Source: Acidobacteriota bacterium
GTDB lineage: Bacteria > Acidobacteriota > UBA890 > WLXD01
DNA length: 64,000 bases
Reading direction: 5' to 3'
Assembly (NCBI GenBank): GCA_965248695.1
Contig: CBDFKD010000002.1
Location: 3,328,001 to 3,392,000 of the forward strand
Shown: piece after piece, positions 48,787 through 58,772 of the stretch
Numbering within the stretch: the stretch's first letter is position 1
Layout of the letters: every line of letters starts with the position of its first letter
Position numbers and translations under genes: made by a program
The notes under the pieces: generated by a model
The model's input: only the letters and a program-made list of their open reading frames with translations
The model's database searches: none
What the model was told of the DNA's origin: nothing

Positions 48787-51075
48787 CTAGAAGTCGAACG
48801 ACCGCGTCATCTTGGCGATCACGGCCTGATCCATCAATCCGTAGAATTCCGGATCGTAGCGTACGGTCGACTTGTAGACCAGAAAGAGATCGTCGCCCGT
48901 ACGGTGAATGAAATTCAGGCGCGCGAAGATCGCAAGCCGATCCGCGATGCTGTTGTATTGCACCAGCGCGCTCGTCAGCCAGCGCTCGCTGAAGTTGTAC
49001 GACGCTCGCATGCTAGCCACATGGGTGTCGAAAGCGTCGGCCGGCAGCTGAATCTTGTTGAAGTCGTATCGCGGCGACAGCGACAGCTTCTCGTTGAAGC
49101 GCATCGCCAGGCTGCCACCGTAGGAGCGCCTCGTGCCGTCGAAGAAGCCGCCGCCGCTAGCATTCACGCGACCGCTGAGCCGCCGCGCCCGGTAGGTCTC
49201 GAACGACACTCGCCACACATTGGTGCTGTAGTCGCCGACTCCGATCTCAGCCTGGTCGGAAACCTCGAACGGTGTGCGAATGCGCTCGAAGCTCCGCTGC
49301 ACCATGATGCTCGCGGAGTCTCCCGACTCGAGCTGATAACGAGTCCACAGGGTGTTCTCGCGCGTCTCCAGGTTTCCGGCAGTGTCGGTGGTGTACTCGA
49401 CGTTGGCGAAGACCATTATCTGGCGCATCCACGACCAGCTCGGTCGAGGCTTCCAGCCCAGCCGATACGCCTGGCGAATCATGTCATGGCGACGGATAAA
49501 GCCCATATCGGTGACGAAGTCCGGATCGACGTACGCGTAGCTCGCCTGGGCGCTCCAAAGATCGCTGTCCCAGCCGGCGTCGAACGCGCCGACATACTTT
49601 GCGGTGCCGACCTCGGAGTCGTGCGCCCGCGCGACGTAGCCGCGCACGCTCATGTGATCGAAGAATCGGAAGCTGGCATCAACCCCGCCGACGCGATTGT
49701 GCGCCCCGCCGCCCTGGACGTTGGTGAGGATCACTCCCACCGAGGAACGCTCGAGGATGTCCTGCTTGAGCCGCAAGGTCGTGTGGTTACGGCCTATGTA
49801 GCCGAGATCGCCGTTGCTGCCCGTCTGCGCGTTGATGAAACCGATGCTGGTGTTGCCCATCTTGCCGGTCAGCTTGGCGCCGTACCGCATGGTGACGGGC
49901 GTCCCGTCGAACAATCCGATGTTGCGGGAGTGGTACAGGAGGGTGTTCGATCCGCCGCGCCCCCGTTCTCCGCCGCCGCCAAACGCGAACTTGTCCGACC
50001 CTTCCAGAAAGAACTCTCGCCGTTCCGGGAAAAAGAGCGGAAAGCGCGTCAGGTTGACGCGCTCCTCGTCGTCCTCCACCTGGGCGAAGTCGGTGTTGAC
50101 GGTGAGATCCGCGGTCAGATTGGGGGAGATCTGTACCTTGAAGTCCTCGATACCGAAATCGCCAGTGCCCTCGGTGAACGGAGAGTCCGAGGCGTCGAGC
50201 GCCGTGTAGCCGCCGGTGGCATACGGCTTCAAGCGATAACGGCCGGTGAGCTTCAGGCTTCGAAGACCGAGCAGATGGCCACCCTGGGAGATATTGCGGA
50301 AGTCGAAGCCGCGCCGGTAGTTGCTCCAGTTGACCTCCTCGTTGGTGCGACGGATCTCGCGCTTGAAGTCGATGCCCCATACGTGCGCCCCGGCATCGAA
50401 CCGCAGTGCCTTGAACGGAATCTGCATCTCCGCCTCCCACCCCTTGGGTGTGACGCGTGCGGCCGCCTCCCACTTCTCGTCCCACTGCGAGTTGAGGTTG
50501 CGCTCGCCTTGCAGTGTGGCGTCGTACTTCGTGCCCAGAGCGTTGACGCGGAACAGGAAGCCGTTGCGGTGATCGTGGAAGGTGTCCAGCAGCACGGCGA
50601 TGGTGTCGTCGGTCTCCAGGCGACTGTCGCGGCGCAGCTCGGTGGCAACGATACGGTCGGGCTCGTCGTCGTACATGACGAAGCCGAGATACAGGTAGTC
50701 ATCGTCGAAGAGAATCCTGACCTCGGTACGCTGGGACGGGACTCCCGCCTCGACGGGCTCGCGTTGTAGGAAATCGGTGACCACCTCCGCTAGCTTCCAG
50801 ACGTCGTCGTCGACGTGCCCGTCGATACGCGGCGGGGTCGGCGCCTCGGTCGCCGCCATGCGCTTGCCGCCGGGGCCGATCTCGATTTCTTCCGCCGGCG
50901 TTGGCGCCCGCTTCGACGCGATCGCCGCGGGGTCAGCCGCCGCAGCTTCCAGAGCCTCGCGTAGCTCCTGCGCAGCCTCGTCACGTTGTTGCTCGGCGAG
51001 AGCCTGCAGCGCGGCAACGGCCTCGGTCGGTGCTGCCGCGAGAATCACCGCGGTCATTGCAGCGCCCACGAGCAT
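48787..51075 (-). CDS. CBM9-like plus DUF5916 outer-membrane protein
   Basis: PRIDG..DD..W, LDTFHD.RN, TVNTDFAQVE.D...NLTRF.LFFPERR.FFLE; terminal FDF; start uncertain. Confidence 0.82.
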   Translation of the reverse strand: MLVGAAMTAVILAAAPTEAVAALQALAEQQRDEAAQELREALEAAAADPAAIASKRAPTPAEEIEIGPGGKRMAATEAPTPPRIDGHVDDDVWKLAEVVTDFLQREPVEAGVPSQRTEVRILFDDDYLYLGFVMYDDEPDRIVATELRRDSRLETDDTIAVLLDTFHDHRNGFLFRVNALGTKYDATLQGERNLNSQWDEKWEAAARVTPKGWEAEMQIPFKALRFDAGAHVWGIDFKREIRRTNEEVNWSNYRRGFDFRNISQGGHLLGLRSLKLTGRYRLKPYATGGYTALDASDSPFTEGTGDFGIEDFKVQISPNLTADLTVNTDFAQVEDDEERVNLTRFPLFFPERREFFLEGSDKFAFGGGGERGRGGSNTLLYHSRNIGLFDGTPVTMRYGAKLTGKMGNTSIGFINAQTGSNGDLGYIGRNHTTLRLKQDILERSSVGVILTNVQGGGAHNRVGGVDASFRFFDHMSVRGYVARAHDSEVGTAKYVGAFDAGWDSDLWSAQASYAYVDPDFVTDMGFIRRHDMIRQAYRLGWKPRPSWSWMRQIMVFANVEYTTDTAGNLETRENTLWTRYQLESGDSASIMVQRSFERIRTPFEVSDQAEIGVGDYSTNVWRVSFETYRARRLSGRVNASGGGFFDGTRRSYGGSLAMRFNEKLSLSPRYDFNKIQLPADAFDTHVASMRASYNFSERWLTSALVQYNSIADRLAIFARLNFIHRTGDDLFLVYKSTVRYDPEFYGLMDQAVIAKMTRSFDF

Positions 51076-51380
51076 CGATCGCAGCGCGCGCCGGTACCCG
51101 CGGCTCGCCGTAGAGTTGATCGTCAAGTGTATTCTCGGCCTCTGAAGCGCCCCCACGGCGACCAGGAAAGTGGCGCCCGAGCGTTCCATTCCACTGTAGC
51201 GATCCGACATCAGCCCAACAATGCGAAAACGCCCGTCTCGCAAGTTCTTACCGTGCTCCTGACACTCCTTTACCGGCGCCTCGCCAGGCCACCGTGCGGC
51301 ACCGGAACCACCGCGACTTCGAAGGGCGCCCGTGGCACAGTCTAGGCATTGGATCGGCTCCTCCGCCCCAACCGGAAAAG

Positions 51381-53441
51381 ATGATGAACTGCAAGGCAAG
51401 CGTCGTACTGTTGGTGACGGTCTCGCTTCTGTCGTTGACCGCGCCCACGCAAGCCAACCAGCAAGAAGCTCCGACGGTACCGGCCAGCATCGAGGTCAGC
51501 CCCGACCGCGTCATTCTCGAGGTCGGCAGCACGGCAAGCCTGACGGCGGTAGTGCGCGACGCCGACGGCAACGTGCTGGACGACATCCAGATCGTTTATC
51601 TGTCCCGTTCGCGGCGTAGCGTCGGGGTCAACCCTGCCGGCACGATAGAGGCCTACCAGCCGGGCGATGTCGAGGTAGTAGCGATCGTCCCGAGCTCACC
51701 GGATGTCGACCCGCGCCGGGACGATGAGGCCTTGCGAGCGATTACCGAGGTCCACGTGCCGGTGCCGCCGCTGGCATCCGTTGCTTTCGCCGACATGCCG
51801 GGGCGCTACTACGCCGGGACGACGGTTCGTCCCGAGTTCGAGGCGACGGATAACTCGGGCGCCGAGCGGACCGGCGTCAGACCGGCGCTCGAAAGCAGCG
51901 ACACAGCGGTCGTCGAGATCGACCACGTCGGGTCGCTACGCCTCGTTGGGCACGGCACTGCAGTGATCACTGCCAGGGCCGAGGACGTGACCGACAGCAT
52001 CGAGGTAGCGGTTGCCGCGGACCCGACAGCGTCGGTACGGCTCATCTCGAGCGCCAGCGAGGTGCGCACCGGCGACGTCGTGCACATCAGCGCCACACCG
52101 CTGGCTGCCGACGGCAAGCCGGTGCCTGAAATGCCCGTGGTGTACGCGCTCCGCGCCCGTACGGATCAGCACGGTCTCGGCGAGCCGCCGTCCGGTCTGG
52201 TGACCGGCGACGGCCGCTTCGTCGCCGACTTGCCGGGTGAGTACACGATCCTCGCGACCGCCGGTGAGCACTGGGCGTCAACGACCGTCATGGCGACCGA
52301 CCGTGGAGTGAAGCGCGAGATCGAGCTCCTCGGGCACGGTAGGGTCGCCGACCGGAAGACCTCCGACCTTTGGGTCTGGGAGGCGCCGGACAGTCGCGAC
52401 TACGCGATCACCGGAACCTGGGGCGCTGCCGGTCATGCCTACATCTGGGACGTGACCGATCCGCGCAACATCCAGCTCATCGACATGGTCAAGGTCGACG
52501 CGCGCACGGTCAACGACGTCAAGGTGTCGGAAGACGGCAGCATCGCAGTGATTAGCCGCGAGGGCGCGTCGGACCGCCGCAACGGGCTGGTGCTCCTCGA
52601 CGTGTCGAGTCCGCGCGACGGGGTCAAGGTGCTGGCACGCTACGACGACCAGATGACCGGCGGCGTGCACAACGTATACATCCATGAGGATCATCTATAC
52701 GCCCTCTCGGGCGGGCGTCGGTACGACATCCTCAACATCGAGGATCCGCGCAACCCGTACCGCGTCGGGCGGTTCGAGCTCGATTCACCGGGCCGATCGA
52801 TTCACGATGTCTGGGTAATCGACGGCGTCGCCGTGTCATCCAACTGGGACGACGGAGTCGTCCTCGTCGACGTCGGCGGCGGCGGCATGGGAGGGTCGCC
52901 GAACAGTCCGGTGGAGATGGGCCGCTACGCGTATCCGAGCGGGTGGAACCATGCCGCCTGGCCGCACAAGAGCGAGTCGAGCGGCAAGTTCTACGTCATC
53001 GCCGGCGACGAGGCTTTCCCGGCCGATCGCAACCCGATGGGACTGGATCGATTCGAGGGACCGCCGGTACAGGCCGCCGGCTGGATTCACTTCATCGAGT
53101 TCGACGATCTGAATGAACCGCGCGAAGTGGCCCGATACCAGGTGCCGTACGGCGGCACACACAACTTCTGGGTCGATGGCGACACGCTCTATGTCGCGTA
53201 CTACAACGGCGGGCTACGGGTGGTCGATATCTCCGGTGAGCTGCTCGGTGATCTGTATCGCCAGGGACGCGAGATCGGCTACTTCCTGGCCGACGATCCG
53301 CAGGGGTTCAAGCCCAACGCGCGCCGTACGTGGGGAGCGATGACCCACAAGGGAAACATCTTCTTTGCCGACAACAACTCGGGGCTGTGGGCCGTGCGCC
53401 TGAAGCCGGAGGTCGATGCCGATGCGGCCGGTCCCGAATGA
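51381..53441 (+). CDS. Secreted Ig-like domain plus LVIVD-repeat propeller protein
   Basis: Signal peptide, Big_2-like repeats, WDVTDP, GVHN, SIHDVWV, THNFWV..YVAYYNGGLRVVD. Confidence 0.8.
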   Translation: MMNCKASVVLLVTVSLLSLTAPTQANQQEAPTVPASIEVSPDRVILEVGSTASLTAVVRDADGNVLDDIQIVYLSRSRRSVGVNPAGTIEAYQPGDVEVVAIVPSSPDVDPRRDDEALRAITEVHVPVPPLASVAFADMPGRYYAGTTVRPEFEATDNSGAERTGVRPALESSDTAVVEIDHVGSLRLVGHGTAVITARAEDVTDSIEVAVAADPTASVRLISSASEVRTGDVVHISATPLAADGKPVPEMPVVYALRARTDQHGLGEPPSGLVTGDGRFVADLPGEYTILATAGEHWASTTVMATDRGVKREIELLGHGRVADRKTSDLWVWEAPDSRDYAITGTWGAAGHAYIWDVTDPRNIQLIDMVKVDARTVNDVKVSEDGSIAVISREGASDRRNGLVLLDVSSPRDGVKVLARYDDQMTGGVHNVYIHEDHLYALSGGRRYDILNIEDPRNPYRVGRFELDSPGRSIHDVWVIDGVAVSSNWDDGVVLVDVGGGGMGGSPNSPVEMGRYAYPSGWNHAAWPHKSESSGKFYVIAGDEAFPADRNPMGLDRFEGPPVQAAGWIHFIEFDDLNEPREVARYQVPYGGTHNFWVDGDTLYVAYYNGGLRVVDISGELLGDLYRQGREIGYFLADDPQGFKPNARRTWGAMTHKGNIFFADNNSGLWAVRLKPEVDADAAGPE

Positions 53442-53505
53442 GGCGATGACCGGACCCGCGGTGTGAGAAGGATGGGTTGACGGCTGTCGGTGACGGTCCC
53501 GGCGG

Positions 53506-54675
53506 TCAACCGTTCTTCAGATCGTCCAGCCGGTAGAAGGTGCCGCGCCAGTAGATCCCTCCACGCCATAGCGCCAGAACCGCGGCCCGGGCGAAGCAGG
53601 CCTGCGTGAGCAACACGCCCAGAGGCAACAACGGCACGGTCCACAGCCGCAGGCGCGTCTCCCTCAGCATTGCGGTCTGGATCGACACGATGATCGCTAC
53701 CACCAAGACGTTCAGCCATCGGGTGGTGCCCGCCGTCATCAGCACGGCAACGAATGGCCAGACCACCATCACGAGCTGCGCTAGACCGCCTGCGGCGAGC
53801 AACGGCACGGAGTAGTTGACTGCGCCGAGGGTGTTCTTTTCCAGACCTCGGAACGCCGCCCCCAGACTCGGGTACCACTCGACGCAGAGGAAGGGCCCAG
53901 CCACGGTGCAGTGCGCCTTGGCGCCGCTTGCCTTCAGATTGACCGCTAGCCGCACGTCGTCGAGCGGGTCCATCGCCAGCGCCGCATGTGTTCCGGCGCG
54001 CTCGTAGGCCGCGCGGCGCACGAGGTTGAAGGAGCCGAATCCCACCGCCGCAGAGCTGCTCGGGTCGCTGACACGCCACGGCCGAAAATAGCCGTTGAAC
54101 AGCAGAGCGAACGCGGACACGAACAGCTCCAGCGCCGCGCTAGTCACCTTGACGTCCGCCGGCATGGTCAGGTGATCGTACCCCTGCGTGACCATGTAGT
54201 GAACCACCCGGCTCAGCACTGTGGGCTCGAAGACTACGTCGGCATCGGTAAACAACAAGAGGTCGCCGGACGCAACCTCCGCGGCGCGCTGCAGTGCGTG
54301 GTTCTTGCCGAGCCAGCCGGCCGGTAGCTCGGCAATGTGGATGACCTGCAATCGCGGTTCCGCGGCCGCGAACTCGTCGAGCACTCTGCCGGTGGCGTCG
54401 TCGGACCGATCGTTCACCGCGATGACCTCGAGGTCACGGTAGTCGAGGCTCAGCACGGAACGCAGCGCCGGACCGACGGTAGTGCCTTCGTTGCGCGCCG
54501 GTACGATGACGCTGACGCGCGGCAGGGTGAGCCGCGCTGCGGCATCCGGCATCGGCATATCGCGGACGAAGCTCATGGCGCCGCGGCCGCGCACCAGATC
54601 GATCGCGAACACCGTCCAGGCCACACAGCTAGCTGCGGCAAGCACCAGCAGGCCGGTCTCGAAGGAGGATGGCAT
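53506..54675 (-). CDS. Glycosyltransferase family 2, membrane-bound
   Basis: SVIVPARNE, NDRSDD, GWLGKNHA, FTDAD, DD. Confidence 0.9.
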   Translation of the reverse strand: MPSSFETGLLVLAAASCVAWTVFAIDLVRGRGAMSFVRDMPMPDAAARLTLPRVSVIVPARNEGTTVGPALRSVLSLDYRDLEVIAVNDRSDDATGRVLDEFAAAEPRLQVIHIAELPAGWLGKNHALQRAAEVASGDLLLFTDADVVFEPTVLSRVVHYMVTQGYDHLTMPADVKVTSAALELFVSAFALLFNGYFRPWRVSDPSSSAAVGFGSFNLVRRAAYERAGTHAALAMDPLDDVRLAVNLKASGAKAHCTVAGPFLCVEWYPSLGAAFRGLEKNTLGAVNYSVPLLAAGGLAQLVMVVWPFVAVLMTAGTTRWLNVLVVAIIVSIQTAMLRETRLRLWTVPLLPLGVLLTQACFARAAVLALWRGGIYWRGTFYRLDDLKNG

Positions 54676-54793
54676 CACCAGGAACACTATGGGCCTGTAA
54701 CCGGCCACTAACCCCCGATTGGAGAGGATCGCTGCAACTCGGCCCAGCCCCGGCTACCGAAGCCGTCGGAACGACGCGGTGGCCGGCATCTCA

Positions 54794-55777
54794 TCAGTCG
54801 ACGCCGCGCCAATCATGGAGAAACCGCAGCAGGACGGTTGCTGAGTTGTCCGCCGCCAGTCGCCCGAACGTGCGGATCTGGTTGCCGCCCGACCCGCCAC
54901 CGGCAAGGTCCGATAACGATCGGAAGGCCAGGAAGCGCACTGCGTTGATCGCCGCCACCTGGGCCACCGCGGCGGTCTCCATGTCGACTGCATCGGCCGC
55001 GAACGTATCCCAGATCCATTCGCGGAAGGCAGTATTGTCCAGGAACGTAGGGCCGGACACGCCGTTGCCGCCAACCACCAGACGCGGCGCCTCGTCGAGG
55101 CACTCACCGATGTCGATACAACGCCGCAACGCGAGGTCTCCGGCGATCCGCCTGGCTCGCGCCAACATGCGCTCATCGACCGCGAACCAGAAGCGTCGTT
55201 CGCGTCCCTCCGAGCCCGATCCGGATGGCATGAGCTGCCCCCGCGGAAACATCATGCCGAAGTTGCCGAACTCACCGGCGCGCCCGCCGGTCTCCCAGCC
55301 GTCCGGCGTCTGACGTGCGAACACCATCTCCTGGTGCTGACCCCAGCGAGCGGGGACGGTCACGTCACCGACGTTCAATGCCGGATTGGCGCCCCCGGCA
55401 ATGCCCGAGAAGATAATCGCTCCGACATCGAAGTGATCGATCACCGCCTGGGTGGCGGCGGCGGCATTGACCAGGCTGACGCCACCGAGGAACAGCACCA
55501 CCGGGTGGCCTTCCAGATTGCCTACGTAATGCAAGCGTCCGGCGAACTCCCGGGTGTCATCGATGCGCGCTGCCGCCAGGAGCTTTTGGAGCTCCGATTC
55601 GACCGCGCACATGATGACCACGCGGACAGGCTCGCGCGTTCCGAACGACGGACGTCCACTGCCTGGGCCCCCTGTTGGCGGCTCGACGACCCGCACGTTG
55701 GCGCACGAGACACCGGCGCATCCCGCCAGAAGCCAGGCGACGACGAGCCGAGTCCGCACCGGGCTAGCGCTGATCAT
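54794..55777 (-). CDS. MTA/SAH nucleosidase (phosphorylase) family, exported
   Basis: GVSLVNAA, FSGIAGG, VDMETAAVA, RSLSDLAG. Confidence 0.85.
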   Translation of the reverse strand: MISASPVRTRLVVAWLLAGCAGVSCANVRVVEPPTGGPGSGRPSFGTREPVRVVIMCAVESELQKLLAAARIDDTREFAGRLHYVGNLEGHPVVLFLGGVSLVNAAAATQAVIDHFDVGAIIFSGIAGGANPALNVGDVTVPARWGQHQEMVFARQTPDGWETGGRAGEFGNFGMMFPRGQLMPSGSGSEGRERRFWFAVDERMLARARRIAGDLALRRCIDIGECLDEAPRLVVGGNGVSGPTFLDNTAFREWIWDTFAADAVDMETAAVAQVAAINAVRFLAFRSLSDLAGGGSGGNQIRTFGRLAADNSATVLLRFLHDWRGVD

Positions 55778-55839
55778 GAGTACGGTGACTTCGCAGGAAC
55801 ACCCGCCTCCCGACCGTCGTCGACCGAGTTCCCGGCCGT

Positions 55840-56736
55840 CTACTGTGCCGTCACCGAATCGCCCTCGGCGGCGGCGCCGTCGACTAGCCGGCAAATCGCC
55901 GATTGGCCGAGAACTCGTGTGACCTCGAGCAGGCCGACGCGATCCGTGATGCGGTCGAGCACGTTGCCCTGCGCGTCCTTGATCTCGTCGACGACGCGCA
56001 TGACGGCAAACTGCTGGCCCACCGTCACGCCGAAATTGTCGCCGCGGTCGATGTAGTAATCGTCGCCGCGGTTGCCGACGATCGTTGCGGGCGGCATCAC
56101 CGGCTTCAGCCCTGCGAAGCTGCCGGACTGCTCGGCGATTTGCTCCACCGCCTCTTCGATCGCCGGGCGAAGTGCTTCCTGGGCCAGCCCCTCGTCGAAG
56201 TTCTGCTCGAAGCTGACGCTATTTATCTGGATGCCACCGAGACGCTTCTTCCCCTTGCCCTCGGCGACCACCAAGATCTCGCTGGTCACCGTGTTCACCA
56301 CGCGCACATCCACGATGCTCTCGGCCTCGGTAAAGCGGCCGCCGATGCCGCCGATCCCGGCACGCTTGCTCTCCACCGAGAACTGCGTGATCGACCCGGT
56401 GACCATCAGCTGAGCGCCGAGCACCTTGCCCATCTGCGCCGCGGTCGAGGCGTTGACGCGACCGCTAGCGCCGAAGTCTTGCTCGCCGAGAATCGCCTGG
56501 ATCTCCCGGCGCTCGATCACCGAGAACTTGCCGGACTTCACCAGCTGGGTTGCCAGCTCGTCAGCAGCGGCTTCTCCGAGGCGTCCGCCCCAGAAGCTCC
56601 AGCTGCTGTTGTTGTAGAAGTTCATCACCGCCACCCTGACCCTGTCCTGCGCCTGGACCGGCGCCGGCGCCACGACTGAGAAAGCGGCGAGGATTACGAC
56701 GGCAATAGCGGCGACTCTAGAAACACGATTGCTCAC
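55840..56736 (-). CDS. CsgG/HfaB-family protein with FlgT-like C-terminal domain
   Basis: Signal peptide, GKFSVIER...ILGEQ, GAQLMVTGSITQF, YIDRG..FGV..G. Confidence 0.8.
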   Translation of the reverse strand: MSNRVSRVAAIAVVILAAFSVVAPAPVQAQDRVRVAVMNFYNNSSWSFWGGRLGEAAADELATQLVKSGKFSVIERREIQAILGEQDFGASGRVNASTAAQMGKVLGAQLMVTGSITQFSVESKRAGIGGIGGRFTEAESIVDVRVVNTVTSEILVVAEGKGKKRLGGIQINSVSFEQNFDEGLAQEALRPAIEEAVEQIAEQSGSFAGLKPVMPPATIVGNRGDDYYIDRGDNFGVTVGQQFAVMRVVDEIKDAQGNVLDRITDRVGLLEVTRVLGQSAICRLVDGAAAEGDSVTAQ

Positions 56737-56836
56737 GGGTGCCTCGCAGTTTGTCTGGGGAAATACTGCGCTCAGTGTATTGCAGATCACCGCGTCGGCG
56801 CATCTGAGCAATAGTCTGCCGAAGGGTCGTGCGACC

Positions 56837-57283
56837 TCAGTGGGTCGACGGCGTGCTGAACGAGATCGTGCCGCGGATCGGGTGCCCGTCGCCGCTCGAG
56901 GTTCGCCAGGCGATAACGTGGTCACCGGGCTCGAGATCGCCCTGCACCTCGACGAACAGCGTGTTCTCTGCGCCGGCCTCGAGTGCACCGAGCTCCTCGG
57001 TCTCGTGGCAGCTCAAGGCGATACGACTCACCGCCAGCTCCGGTGTCAACGAGAACCAGAGTCGTACTTCGGCAGGCGACGCCTCCAGGACGGCGTCCTT
57101 CTCCGGGGAGCTGCCGGTCAAGCGCAGATGCCTCACGGGCGGCGCCGCGGCCAGCAGGGTCAAGAGCGCCAGGGCGACGAATACCACCAGGATCCGATTG
57201 TCGATGCGCTGGTCACCAAAGCGCTTTTGCGCGTCTCTCACCGCTCGCCTTTCGGTCGTTGGCCGTGCTTGCGTTCCCTGCAA
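56837..57283 (-). CDS. CopC-like periplasmic copper-binding protein
   Basis: Mature N-terminal H (HLRLTGSSP), L.F, W...S.DGH...G...F; start uncertain. Confidence 0.8.
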   Translation of the reverse strand: MQGTQARPTTERRAVRDAQKRFGDQRIDNRILVVFVALALLTLLAAAPPVRHLRLTGSSPEKDAVLEASPAEVRLWFSLTPELAVSRIALSCHETEELGALEAGAENTLFVEVQGDLEPGDHVIAWRTSSGDGHPIRGTISFSTPSTH

Positions 57284-57348
57284 GGGAATCTACGGGTCGT
57301 CCCGAGCCAGTGCAACCTGCACCGGCCAAACGAGCACGCATCCGTGCC

Positions 57349-58761
57349 TTACTGAATACCGACCTGCCCGCGCACCGACTCGAGGAGCGCCGCGGAGTCG
57401 TAGCCGACGCCGTTCTTGAACACCAGCGTCACGTTGCGGATGTCGCTCGGGTTGGCGAGCGGATTGCCGTCGAGAACCACCAGGTCGGCCTGCTTCCCGG
57501 CTTCCACCGAACCGACCTCGTCGTAAATACCCAGGACCTTGGCACCGTTCGCGGTGAGCACCTGGATTGCCTCTATCGGCGTGAAATCGGTTTCTAGCAG
57601 GAGCTCGAAGTTGCGTTGGTCGCCAAAGCCAGCCAGCGCGGCACCGTAGCCGGTCGGATCGACCCCGGCCGCCAGCAAGCCGCCGGATTCTGAGAACTTG
57701 TAGGCATAGTGCAGCCCCTTGAGGAACAGCTCCGGGGGTATCGAGCCCTGTACCTCGATGCGCGCCGCTGCCGCCTCCACCTCTTCCAGCGCTCCGGGCG
57801 CCAGCGCCTCGCGCACCCGCGGGTCGAGCTCGGTACGCCCCTTGACGAACATCTCGTTCACCACCGGTGTGGTGGTCATCGCCACCCCCGCGTCGATCAT
57901 CTCGCGAAAGGTAGTCGCCACCTCGTCGCTCGACAGATCGAGCTCGGTAACGCTCTGCATGAGGTTGCGCGAACACTCGTCGGCGGTGCGCGTCTCGTCA
58001 TAGTCGCTGTTGGTCAGCAGGCCGTGCTCGATGTTGTCGATGCCGGCCTCCACCGCCTCACGGAAGCTCACCGAGCACAGGTGAGCGGTTACCTTGAGGC
58101 CGTGCCGGTGCGCCTCGTCGATCGCCGCCGCGAGCTCCGCGCGCCCGATCCAGGTGTAGGCCTTGAACCAGTCGACGCCCTCCTCGGCCCAGTAGCTCAC
58201 CACACGGCGGGCGTGTTCTGGATCGGAGAGCTTCGACATGTTCATGAACTGCGCCTGTTCGCCGGTTAGGTAGGGGCCGGTGACGAACATGCGGGGCCCC
58301 GGGACCTCGCCCGCCTCGATCGACTTCTTGAGGCTGATCTCGGCGTATGGGTACTCGCTGCCGGTGGTACGGATGGTGGTCACTCCGGCGGCCAGATAGA
58401 GCCGCGGAGATGTGTAGTTCGACTGCACTGCACGGCGTGAGGTGGTGTAGTAGCTGTGATCGTGCAGGCCTACGAGTCCGGGAAGCACCGTATGGCCGCC
58501 CAGATCCAACACCTCGGCCTCGGCTCCCACGTCGACCGAGTCGCTACCGCCAACCGCGACTATGCGCCCATCACGGATCACGATTGTCTGGTCCTCGCGC
58601 GCCGGCGCGCCGGTGCCGTCCACCACTCGGACGTGCGTGAGCGCCACTTCCCCGGCCCGAACAGCGACGTACTCGAGAACCTCGTCCGACAGCGTCTGCG
58701 GCATCGAAGCCGCGGCGATAAGGGCCAGGGCTGCAGCGGCGACTGAAACCGACTTGATCAT
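57349..58761 (-). CDS. Exported amidohydrolase family protein
   Basis: LPGLVGLHDH, GVTTIRT, KAY, TAH, IEHG, GVD, GSVEAGKQADLVVLDGNP. Confidence 0.88.
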   Translation of the reverse strand: MIKSVSVAAAALALIAAASMPQTLSDEVLEYVAVRAGEVALTHVRVVDGTGAPAREDQTIVIRDGRIVAVGGSDSVDVGAEAEVLDLGGHTVLPGLVGLHDHSYYTTSRRAVQSNYTSPRLYLAAGVTTIRTTGSEYPYAEISLKKSIEAGEVPGPRMFVTGPYLTGEQAQFMNMSKLSDPEHARRVVSYWAEEGVDWFKAYTWIGRAELAAAIDEAHRHGLKVTAHLCSVSFREAVEAGIDNIEHGLLTNSDYDETRTADECSRNLMQSVTELDLSSDEVATTFREMIDAGVAMTTTPVVNEMFVKGRTELDPRVREALAPGALEEVEAAAARIEVQGSIPPELFLKGLHYAYKFSESGGLLAAGVDPTGYGAALAGFGDQRNFELLLETDFTPIEAIQVLTANGAKVLGIYDEVGSVEAGKQADLVVLDGNPLANPSDIRNVTLVFKNGVGYDSAALLESVRGQVGIQ

Positions 58762-58772
58762 CCGAACTTCTC

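Noticed and set aside
48904-50769. 621-aa plus-strand ORF and many similar long antisense ORFs
   Set aside because: Shadow frames of real high-GC genes on the opposite strand, with no motifs.
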